From positions 1 through 40,858 of IMG/VR virus record IMGVR_UViG_3300017650_000017: a DNA stretch of 40,858 nucleotides, one strand, 5' to 3'. The position numbers and the translations under genes were made by a program. This stretch comes from a virus (Duplodnaviria; Caudoviricetes). The notes beneath the pieces are model-generated. The model worked only from the letters and a program-made list of their open reading frames with translations. It searched no databases and was not told where the DNA came from. Of this stretch, positions 1 to 6,884 are shown piece after piece (position 1 is the stretch's first letter; each line of letters opens with the position of its first letter).

Positions 1-1040
1 ACGTGCGGGATTTCACGCTTGATGATGAGCGTGAGCACCTGCTTTGCGATGGTTTCGTCGATGCCGCCTGTGACCAGTGCGGCCAGCGCTTCGCGGTTGA
101 TCTTTGCGCGGTGCGCAGTGTCGGCCTCACGGCGAAGGCGCTCGGCTTCCTCAGCGTCCGCCTTTGCCTTGGCGTCACGCTCCGCCTGTTCCTTTGCGGC
201 TTTCTCTGCATCGGCGGCGCGCTGTTCAGCGTCTTTGCGGTCCTGCTCAGCCTTTGCGGCTGCGGCTTTCAGATCGTCCTCGCGCTTCTGAGCGGCGAGG
301 CGCTCGGCCTCTGCCTTGGCTTCTGCCGCGAATACGGCCTGTTCTGCGGCCTTCCGGGCAATCTCTGCCTCACGGTCCTTGCGGGCACGTTCCTCGGCTT
401 CGGCACGGAGGCGGGCCAGCTCAGCGGCCTCCGCTTCGCGCTTCTCGGAAGCGGCAACACGCTCTGTTAGGACCGCGATGGTTTTTGTCTTGAGTTCTTC
501 GGCCGCGCCCAGGTATTCGTTGAACGCCGCTTCCGTAACCTCGATGCGCTCAACCTCGCCAAGTCGATCACGCAGGCATTCCGATGAGCGCGCCATCCAG
601 TCAGGATCGGCGATCGTGGCCTCAAGCTCAGCCAGATCACCCTTGATCCGGTTGACGCGCGCTTCCTCCGCATTCTCCCAATCCGTCACCGGCTGGCGGA
701 CTTCATCGCGCCATGCGTCAAGCGTGTCCTTGATGTGCTTGCGATTGGCATCGATGCGCTTCGGAAGCTCCTTTGCCTCCTTGGCCAACTCGGCTCCTAC
801 TTCCTCAATCGCCGTCTTGCTCTTGGCGATCTTGAAGGCGAAGGATGCGATCTGCTTCCGGCCCGATACGGTATTCACGTCCGGCAAGTCGACTTTGAAG
901 GCATCGACCCTTGCGCGGACCATGGCCAGCAGCTTGTCAGCGCCGATCGTGCCCTGCGCGGTGAACAGCGCGTAAGCGTCCTGGCCCTCGGGGACTGCGA
1001 TCAACGCGCTGTCTTCACGCTCGATGGTGTCGATTGCCAT
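1..1040 (-). CDS. Conserved phage coiled-coil protein (Ala/Glu/Arg/Lys-rich; family often mis-annotated as TolA), 3' end truncated by window
   Basis: Not in the ORF track; read manually from ATG 1040: MAIDTIERED...PDVNTVSGRKQIASFAFKIAKSKTAIEEVG...KINREALAAL...IIKREIPHV, open to the edge; directly follows ERF. Confidence 0.85.
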   Translation of the reverse strand, partial: MAIDTIEREDSALIAVPEGQDAYALFTAQGTIGADKLLAMVRARVDAFKVDLPDVNTVSGRKQIASFAFKIAKSKTAIEEVGAELAKEAKELPKRIDANRKHIKDTLDAWRDEVRQPVTDWENAEEARVNRIKGDLAELEATIADPDWMARSSECLRDRLGEVERIEVTEAAFNEYLGAAEELKTKTIAVLTERVAASEKREAEAAELARLRAEAEERARKDREAEIARKAAEQAVFAAEAKAEAERLAAQKREDDLKAAAAKAEQDRKDAEQRAADAEKAAKEQAERDAKAKADAEEAERLRREADTAHRAKINREALAALVTGGIDETIAKQVLTLIIKREIPH

Positions 1041-1042
1041 GA

Positions 1043-1792
1043 TCAGTCCCCCTTCTTGGCCTGCTTGGTTTCGAGCATCGCCTTGAGGCGCGGAAAATCC
1101 TTCGCCAGCACGTCAGAGACAGACGGGGCTTTCGCGTAGGTCAGGAATTGTTCGAGGTCCGTGCCCGTGGTGGTGATCAGGTCGCGGAGGATGTCGGCCT
1201 GCTCGTCGGAGATAACATCGACGGCTGCGCCGGACGCCGCTCCATCGTCGTCATGAGCCGCTGCAAGACCAAGCGACAGCACGAGCGTGTATCGCTGAAG
1301 GTAAGCGCACGTTGAGCCGATGGCCTGGATCGCGTTCTTGCTGCCTGATGTGTCGGCTGGCCCGAACAGCGTCGTTTCCTCGGCGTGCCCGGCCTTGTGA
1401 GCGATGCGGCAAGTGACGCTGATCTTGCCGTCGACCTGACTACTTCTGAAACGGTAGGTCAGGCTGTACTTGCCAAGAACCGGGTCAACCTCACGCGCGA
1501 TGGCGGCAAAGTCGGCATATTTCTTGTTGTTGTGCCCCGTTGCATTGCGCACCACCGGCTTGATTTCGGCCTTGGCTTGCGCAATGGCCTCGTCGAACGC
1601 CTTCCGAGCCTCGTTGGCTTGCCAGCGCTCTTGGAGATCCATGAGCTTTTCGAGTAGGCCCATATCCGCACCGCGCTCGATGGCGGCGCTCAACATCTGC
1701 ATCGGCGTCATGGCCGCGCTCGCCGGGGCCACATGCACAACCGCATGGTCTTCTGCTGCGCCATTCGTGGCGACGATTGCCGTCTGTGCCAT
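1043..1792 (-). CDS. erf: ERF-family ssDNA annealing protein (recombinase)
   Basis: Motifs LEKLMDLQERW, KYADFAAI and SGSKNAIQAIGSTCAYLQRYTL..LGLAA..DDDG typical of the ERF superfamily. Confidence 0.9.
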   Translation of the reverse strand: MAQTAIVATNGAAEDHAVVHVAPASAAMTPMQMLSAAIERGADMGLLEKLMDLQERWQANEARKAFDEAIAQAKAEIKPVVRNATGHNNKKYADFAAIAREVDPVLGKYSLTYRFRSSQVDGKISVTCRIAHKAGHAEETTLFGPADTSGSKNAIQAIGSTCAYLQRYTLVLSLGLAAAHDDDGAASGAAVDVISDEQADILRDLITTTGTDLEQFLTYAKAPSVSDVLAKDFPRLKAMLETKQAKKGD

Positions 1793-1793
1793 G

Positions 1794-2180
1794 TCAGTTC
1801 ACCCCCATCTGTGCGTTGCGTTCGACCTGCATGGACTGCAAGATGCGCGGCATGGCCCGGGGCTGAATGGCCGTCTCTTGTGCGCGCTTCAGACACGCGG
1901 CGACTTCGAGCTTTCGAGCGGCACGCCACAGCGCCTTGCTCAGCACGTGCTCTAGCGCGTTAGGCAGCTTGCCCCATGCTGGGTCGTGCATTTCGAACTC
2001 GGCGCGCTCGTCTCCAACGTCGCCGTCTTCACAAATGAACACGCGGTCTAGGGTCGCCTCATCCGGGAGCGAAACGGCCCAACCATGCACGGCCGCAGTA
2101 AAGCAACCGGAGAAATTGATCTCAGTCTTGATGCGCACGACTGCGCAGCCCTGTGCTTCTAGTTCGGCAAGGGTGATCAT
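1794..2180 (-). CDS. Hypothetical phage protein
   Basis: ATG 2180 overlaps the upstream stop (ATGA coupling); MITLAELEAQG... Confidence 0.65.
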   Translation of the reverse strand: MITLAELEAQGCAVVRIKTEINFSGCFTAAVHGWAVSLPDEATLDRVFICEDGDVGDERAEFEMHDPAWGKLPNALEHVLSKALWRAARKLEVAACLKRAQETAIQPRAMPRILQSMQVERNAQMGVN

Positions 2181-2410
2181 GACCGCGCCTCGTGGTTGGT
2201 CCGTGGAATGACGGGGAAAGGGATGACATTCGGGGCAGCGCCGAGGTTCGCGGCAATGGCACGAACCGGCTGCAATATCTCGATAGCCGCATCGCACTGG
2301 ACCTCGGCGCACAGCTGCGCGATGTCGCCACGCATGTTCGCCGGCAGCGCATCGAAATGTGCACTTACGTATTCAGCCAGTGCGGTTGAGGATTGCTGGA
2401 GGGGAGTCAT
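2177..2410 (-). CDS. Hypothetical phage protein
   Basis: ATGA-coupled; MTPLQQSS...NVIPFP. Confidence 0.65.
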   Translation of the reverse strand: MTPLQQSSTALAEYVSAHFDALPANMRGDIAQLCAEVQCDAAIEILQPVRAIAANLGAAPNVIPFPVIPRTNHEARS

Positions 2411-2592
2411 TGCGTGCCACCCCGAATATTGATCACAAGCGCCAGCCACGAGCCGAGAACGCCAGACGACGAGTACAAAGAAGCCAAACCGGCTCGCGAG
2501 GCGTCATAGTCGAGCAACCCAATGAGCAGGAGCGGGACCAAGGCAAGCGCGCCAAAAAGACAGCCAACCATTGTTGCGTTGATGGTGTTCAT
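2407..2592 (-). CDS. Small membrane protein
   Basis: ATGA-coupled; MNTINATMVGCLFGALALVPLLLIG, two hydrophobic segments. Confidence 0.6.
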   Translation of the reverse strand: MNTINATMVGCLFGALALVPLLLIGLLDYDASRAGLASLYSSSGVLGSWLALVINIRGGTQ

Positions 2593-2750
2593 GACTGCAC
2601 CATCGCGATCAGGAGAAGGATCGGCACTGAGACAGGCCACGTCAGCGAGCACCCTATCGCCACGACGCGCCTGACGGGTGAGCGGTTTTGGGTCTGCGCC
2701 AACAAGCAGTAGGCCAGCACCGTCCCTGTGACGCAGAGGTACACCGTCAT
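2589..2750 (-). CDS. Small membrane protein (53 aa)
   Basis: Manually found: MTVYLCVTGTVLAYCLLAQ...IGCSLTWPVSVPILLLIAMVQS; ATGA overlaps at both ends. Confidence 0.6.
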   Translation of the reverse strand: MTVYLCVTGTVLAYCLLAQTQNRSPVRRVVAIGCSLTWPVSVPILLLIAMVQS

Positions 2751-3070
2751 GACTGCACCGCCTTCGCTTCTTCAGCGGCGATCGCGCGGTCGAAAAGGAT
2801 TAGGGCGCTAGCGTGCGTGAACATGTAGTGGGTGCACAGGTCCCACAGATCCACTTGGTCATTCGCATCGCAAATGATGCGGAGCACATCTTCATTCTGA
2901 CCGGATGGAGCGACTGATCGGACTGCGCCGAACACGTCCCAGCACCGTGCCCAGATCTCCAGTGGCTCAACTGGCCCACCGAACGCGTCGCGCGCATCGG
3001 AATATTTCGTCCAATTCTCCGGTCTCTCGATCTTGGCGCGCGCGGCCTTGAGGATTTCGAGCGTGTTCAT
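2747..3070 (-). CDS. Conserved phage protein (DUF6197-like)
   Basis: Pattern EILKAARAKI..PENW.K...ARD..G......ARCWDVFGAV ... TH...L.LFDRAI. Confidence 0.7.
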   Translation of the reverse strand: MNTLEILKAARAKIERPENWTKYSDARDAFGGPVEPLEIWARCWDVFGAVRSVAPSGQNEDVLRIICDANDQVDLWDLCTHYMFTHASALILFDRAIAAEEAKAVQS

Positions 3071-3438
3071 GCCGCTGCCTCCATATAGGCCCGCACATCC
3101 AGCGCAGAGCGTTCCGAGCGATAGGCCGACAGCACGCGCTCGTGATACGCGGGGTTATATGTCCAGTGCAGGTCGTGTGATGGCTGCGCGTGATCGCGCA
3201 TCTTGTTGCAGACGTTGCGCAACCGGTTGAGCAGATGGCGGCGTCCAACGATGGACGTGTCGTCGATCTGCTCTGTGAACAGGAATCCGAGCCCGCGGAG
3301 CGCAATCCGACGCTGCGCCATGCTCTGCCAGCCATGGACTGGGCGCTTTGCAGCGCGGCGCTTGTGATCCGACACCGCTCTGTCAATCATGGCGAGAATG
3401 GCCGGCGACGCGCCCGGTCTATGCGTTGCTAGTGACAT
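3067..3438 (-). CDS. Hypothetical phage protein (DUF6477-like)
   Basis: Start ATG 3438; C-terminal HWTYNPAYHERVLSAYRSER resembles an alphaproteobacterial small-protein motif. Confidence 0.65.
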   Translation of the reverse strand: MSLATHRPGASPAILAMIDRAVSDHKRRAAKRPVHGWQSMAQRRIALRGLGFLFTEQIDDTSIVGRRHLLNRLRNVCNKMRDHAQPSHDLHWTYNPAYHERVLSAYRSERSALDVRAYMEAAA

Positions 3439-3617
3439 TGCGTGCGTCCCATTTTCTGACGGCGTTGATCGGCGCCGATCTGCCAGCCCCAGCACCACAG
3501 GTCGCCCATGGACGGATCGAACGGCGCGCCCTTTTCGAATGCGCGCTTGCCGCTAAACACGACACCGCCGTCGATGCTGTTGAGCTTCGCGAGGTCGCTC
3601 AGTGGACGGATAACCAT
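3429..3617 (-). CDS. Small Rmf-like protein (paralog 2)
   Basis: MVIRPLSDL...GKRAFEKGAPFDPSMGDLWCWGWQIG; overlaps both neighbours. Confidence 0.6.
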   Translation of the reverse strand: MVIRPLSDLAKLNSIDGGVVFSGKRAFEKGAPFDPSMGDLWCWGWQIGADQRRQKMGRTQCH

Positions 3618-3775
3618 GCCTTCACCCCCTCTGCCTTGCTCGCCTTCATCAGCCAGAAATCGCGGTAGCCTCGCAGCCATTCCAGTGACTTCCGCTCATC
3701 AACCGGCTGCTGCATCGACGCCGCTCGCCAGCCCGCTACGCGGTCCTGCTCATCACTTGCGTTCTGAAATTCCAT
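3599..3775 (-). CDS. Small Rmf-like protein (paralog 1, 58 aa)
   Basis: Manually found with GAGGA RBS: MEFQNASDEQDRVAGWRAASMQQPVDERKSLEWLRGYRDFW... Confidence 0.6.
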   Translation of the reverse strand: MEFQNASDEQDRVAGWRAASMQQPVDERKSLEWLRGYRDFWLMKASKAEGVKAWLSVH

Positions 3776-3843
3776 CGCCGTTCCTCACTCGTTGAAACGA
3801 CGCACGCCCTGTCGTTCGCCCCGGTTGATCCGGGTGCGTCGTG

Positions 3844-3942
3844 TTAGATCGTGAGGACCGCACCGACTGTGGCGGCCAGCATCAGAGCGATGGCCAGGAC
3901 CGCGAGCTGTCCTTTGAGAATTGCGAAGACCTCGTCGTCCAT
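3844..3942 (-). CDS. 32-aa single-pass membrane peptide, first ORF after PL
   Basis: AAGGGG RBS; MDDEVFAILKGQLAVLAIALMLAATVGAVLTI. Confidence 0.5.
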   Translation of the reverse strand: MDDEVFAILKGQLAVLAIALMLAATVGAVLTI

Positions 3943-4033
3943 GGCGTGCCCCTTGCTGCACCTACGCCGGGCGGGCGCTCGATTTGCCCTCTGGTGCCCG
4001 CCCGGCTGATTGCCCCTCGTGTGGGTGACAAAA

Positions 4034-4079
4034 CAAAACGTACTGTTTCGTTGGGCGCGCGTCAATACAAAATGTTTCA
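4034..4079 (-). promoter_or_regulatory. PL promoter with two operators (4034-4050 and 4063-4079)
   Basis: Minus strand TTGACG(4065-4060)-17 bp-TACGTT(4042-4037); 17-bp imperfect palindromes CAAAACG-TAC-TGTTTCG and CAATACA-AAA-TGTTTCA. Confidence 0.8.
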
Positions 4080-4187
4080 TCTTCAGATAAAAAAATAGCG
4101 CCACATCAAAGCGGCGCATTGTCCGGCTCACGTTGCGTGCGCATCAAGAGAGGCAATGCCTTGGCGGTATTGCGGTTCTTCGGCTAC

Positions 4188-4213
4188 TACAAGAAGGGCC
4201 GCCGAAGCGGCCC
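4188..4213 (-). terminator. Intrinsic terminator after cI
   Basis: Minus strand GGGCCGC-TTCG-GCGGCCC-TTCTTGT immediately after the cI stop. Confidence 0.75.
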
Positions 4214-4219
4214 CCCGAC

Positions 4220-4885
4220 TTAAACGTCGAAATAACCCCCGACAACTAGCGCGGCGACGATCACTTGCTCGTCCTTGGAGCGCGGCGGAAAACTCAGGCG
4301 CTCGCCCTCATAGCGCTTCTCAGTGGAGTAGCATGTGAGTGCGCACTTATCCCCAACCAACTCGATTCGCCGGATGCTTTCCTCGGCAAGCCCGCCCCGG
4401 ATGCGCTGGATGAAGACAAACTGGCCGTCTCGATACTCCCTTGGGCTTTCGCTCGGTGCCCGCTCAAGGACTGCAAACCAGCCCTTCTTGAGCAGCCGGT
4501 TAACACTTTGATCCGCAATCCTAATTGCCCACCGGCGCTTGCCGGTCGGGTTCACGACAGTAATAGTGCGGTTCCGCCCAAGCCCCTGATCTTCCAGGGA
4601 TAAGTCTCGCCAAATACCCACCTGTGCTTCTCCCAAAACCTCTATTTCTGCTTCGCCCCCTCGTCCGCCGATGTCGGCTAGGGTGTCGCAGTAGTCCTGG
4701 GGGTCGCCACCAAAATGCTTGGCGAACCTGATCGCGGCCTTTGGTGTCACGGGCCGGGAGCCATTCTCGTAGCTCCGGTAGGTGCCTTCATTCATGCCCA
4801 TTGCCCTCGCGGCATCGGCGCCGCTGGGAAAGAGCCGTTCCCGCGCACGGATGAGCGGAACGTTCTGTTTGTTCTGTTTTGACAT
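4220..4885 (-). CDS. cI: CI-like repressor (XRE HTH plus S24-like C-terminal domain)
   Basis: HTH SGADAARAMGMNEGTYRSYENG; VLGEAQVG and S24-like region; divergent from cro-like gene. Confidence 0.85.
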   Translation of the reverse strand: MSKQNKQNVPLIRARERLFPSGADAARAMGMNEGTYRSYENGSRPVTPKAAIRFAKHFGGDPQDYCDTLADIGGRGGEAEIEVLGEAQVGIWRDLSLEDQGLGRNRTITVVNPTGKRRWAIRIADQSVNRLLKKGWFAVLERAPSESPREYRDGQFVFIQRIRGGLAEESIRRIELVGDKCALTCYSTEKRYEGERLSFPPRSKDEQVIVAALVVGGYFDV

Positions 4886-4957
4886 GAACGCAGCCTACTA
4901 AACCGCTCGAAACATTATGTGTTGCGTTTTAGCGAAACATTTTGTATCGTTCGCCGC
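4886..4957. promoter_or_regulatory. OR region: PR/PRM with operators 4908-4924 and 4933-4949
   Basis: PR TTGCGT(4922)-17-TATCGT(4945); PRM -10 TAGGCT(4897-4892); operators CGAAACA-TTA-TGTGTTG and CGAAACA-TTT-TGTATCG match the OL sites. Confidence 0.8.
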
Positions 4958-5182
4958 ATGACAAGCTTCCGAACCATCATTGACCAGTGGCCGGACCTTC
5001 CGACCTTCGCTGAGGATCTGGGTGTGAAATACCCAGCAGCGCAGGTAATGCGCCACCGGGACAGCATCTCATCATCGTATTGGCGCGATCTCGTGGCCGC
5101 AGCCGAGAGGCGGGGAATCGCAGGGGTAACCCTGGAGGTTCTTGCCGATCTGAAGGCGCGTGCCCGGCTGAAGTCAACCTGA
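4958..5182 (+). CDS. cro: Cro-like small HTH regulator
   Basis: MTSFRTIIDQWPDLPTFAEDLGV...MRHRDSISSSYW; 74 aa, divergent from cI. Confidence 0.8.
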   Translation: MTSFRTIIDQWPDLPTFAEDLGVKYPAAQVMRHRDSISSSYWRDLVAAAERRGIAGVTLEVLADLKARARLKST

Positions 5183-5185
5183 TTG

Positions 5186-5242
5186 TAGGGCGTTTCCTCC
5201 CGCACCTGGGCCGGGTCCGTATCGAGCACCGGCCGATCTTTT
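5186..5242 (+). ncRNA. suhB/MmgR (alpha-r8)-like sRNA motif / tR1-like terminator
   Basis: GGGCGTTTCCTCCC followed by GGCCGG...CCGGCC hairpin and TCTTTT. Confidence 0.45.
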
Positions 5243-5266
5243 CCCGTCAGTAGCGTTCGCGTCCAC

Positions 5267-5478
5267 CGGCATCAGTGCCGGAGACAGACGGTCTTTGTCC
5301 GCAAGGCATAGGCACGGCGATGAGCCGTTCCCCTGGTCTGTCTCTCGCAGTGATGCTGATTACCCCTTTCGCCCGCGCCTCCACGGGACACCCCGCGGTT
5401 CCGACGAAAGAAAGCACCGATCCGGTGGCGAATTGGGGGGAGGACATTGCCGGCAAATCGGTGCGGCGCGGGGGCGAA
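5267..5478 (+). ncRNA. Structured two-domain RNA leader (unknown family)
   Basis: Nested stems 5267-5274/5351-5358, GAGACAGAC 5281-5289/5336-5344, 5368-5379/5465-5478 and GCACCGAT 5414-5421/5457-5464. Confidence 0.5.
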
Positions 5479-5495
5479 TTCAGAGGTCTGATGAA

Positions 5496-5744
5496 ATGTC
5501 AAAGGCCATCAATCACACCAAGATCACAGCGCGAAAGCGAGTGGACGCATATCGAGCGTATGTGGCGCAATCCAAGGCGATGCGTAGTGCCGTCGATGGC
5601 GGCGAGACGTTCTATGCGATGCCACCTATGGGCCGCCGCAAAGGCCAGCGCATGAAGCTAAAGGACCGGCAGGCCTACAGCGTCAGCAATCGGAGCGTTC
5701 CCGTCACGCTGCCGAAGCTCAAGTTCTTGGAGGGCGAGCAGTGA
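5496..5744 (+). CDS. Hypothetical basic phage protein
   Basis: GAGG RBS; MSKAINHTK...VPVTLPKLKFLE. Confidence 0.65.
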   Translation: MSKAINHTKITARKRVDAYRAYVAQSKAMRSAVDGGETFYAMPPMGRRKGQRMKLKDRQAYSVSNRSVPVTLPKLKFLEGEQ

Positions 5745-5899
5745 CCGAGAAGTCCGTCCTAATCGCCTACGAGATCAACACTGCAGATGGCTGGAAGCGC
5801 CTTCCGGTGACGATCCATGTGCCGCGTGAGGTCATGGAGAACCGGTTCCGCTGTTGGGAGAAGTCGGGCGCGAAGTCGTTCAAGGATTGGCTGCGATGA
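5741..5899 (+). CDS. Hypothetical protein (52 aa)
   Basis: Manually found GTGA-coupled ORF MTEKSVLIAYEINTADGWKRLPV...KDWLR. Confidence 0.55.
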   Translation: MTEKSVLIAYEINTADGWKRLPVTIHVPREVMENRFRCWEKSGAKSFKDWLR

Positions 5900-6156
5900 T
5901 GGACAGGCCTCCGCAAAGCTATGTTGACGCGAGACGCCGGTCACGAATGGACTTCGTTGACGATCTTCCCGCCGAATTGCGCAAGCTCGTCCACGAATAC
6001 GGCCTTCCAGTTGTGAAGACCTGTTTGGAGTTAGGCATCAGGAAGCCGCGACACATCCGGCACCTCGTGGAGACCGTTCTCGACAACTTCAGTCCCACCC
6101 GCGGCTGCTACTCAAAACAAGGAATCCGCACGGAGGTCATGACAAGCGCTGAATAA
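5896..6156 (+). CDS. Hypothetical phage protein
   Basis: ATGA-coupled; RMDFVDDLPAELRKLVHEYG. Confidence 0.7.
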   Translation: MMDRPPQSYVDARRRSRMDFVDDLPAELRKLVHEYGLPVVKTCLELGIRKPRHIRHLVETVLDNFSPTRGCYSKQGIRTEVMTSAE

Positions 6157-6347
6157 GAGGAAGGCCCGGAACCGCCACAGTTCCGAGCCTTCGACAATCA
6201 ATTCGATCCGTCGGGGATCATTTTCACATCAGGGATGAGCGTTGCTCATCTCGCGGGCCTTCGCATTGCCCAACGCGGTACGTGCATTTTGTCTAAGTGC
6301 ATTCGCCACGTTGGTCAAGCGGCCCGAACGTAATCAACGGGGTTCGT

Positions 6348-6884
6348 ATGACCGAAATTCGTCGTCCGCGTTTGCATCAGATCGTCCGCGCAGCCTGTGA
6401 CGTAACAGGTGCGCACTTGCAGTCAGTCATCGGGGATCAGCGCACCGATAATCTCGTCAGAGTGCGCAGGCTGATCGCATGGGTTGGCCGGAAACACGGC
6501 TACACCACGCCCGAGATTGGCGCGGTTCTCGGCGGACGTGATCATTCAACCATCGTGTGGTCACTATCGCAGATCGACCTAGATCTTCGCGACAACCCGC
6601 GCTTAGCCAGCATGCTCGATCAGGTCGAGGCCGAAGCATGGGCACACACCAGCGCATGGTTCGAGCGCACGCGGACGGGACGCATACCGGACAGGTGGAT
6701 CACACCGCTGGTTGAGCCGGAGCCGGAGCTAATCGAGCCGAAGCAGCGCGCGTCTAAGACTCCGCCACCACCGCCCAGGGAGATGGGTGCCGGTGACGAA
6801 CCCACCGACTGGTGGAAGGCGAACGAGGCCTGCTTCCGCCACGCCATGCGCCAGGCGCACCCTGAGATGGAGGGCGCACGGTGA
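6348..6884 (+). CDS. DnaA C-terminal (domain IV) HTH-containing protein
   Basis: R...LVRVRRL.AW......TTPEIGAVLGGRDHSTIV is the DnaA domain IV signature; no AAA+ domain. Confidence 0.85.
   Translation: MTEIRRPRLHQIVRAACDVTGAHLQSVIGDQRTDNLVRVRRLIAWVGRKHGYTTPEIGAVLGGRDHSTIVWSLSQIDLDLRDNPRLASMLDQVEAEAWAHTSAWFERTRTGRIPDRWITPLVEPEPELIEPKQRASKTPPPPPREMGAGDEPTDWWKANEACFRHAMRQAHPEMEGAR

Noticed and set aside
1-1040. TolA annotation
   Set aside because: Similarity is only low-complexity coiled coil; no N-terminal TM anchor; phage recombination context
3-1139. Several long plus-strand ORFs (3-470, 316-975, 735-1139)
   Set aside because: Antisense shadows of the Ala/Glu/Arg-rich minus-strand gene starting at 1040
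5275-5655. ORFs covering the post-cro gap (5275-5655 and the 5295 extension)
   Set aside because: No RBS, no recognisable protein pattern; extensive base-pairing explains the region better; ATG 5496 has an RBS
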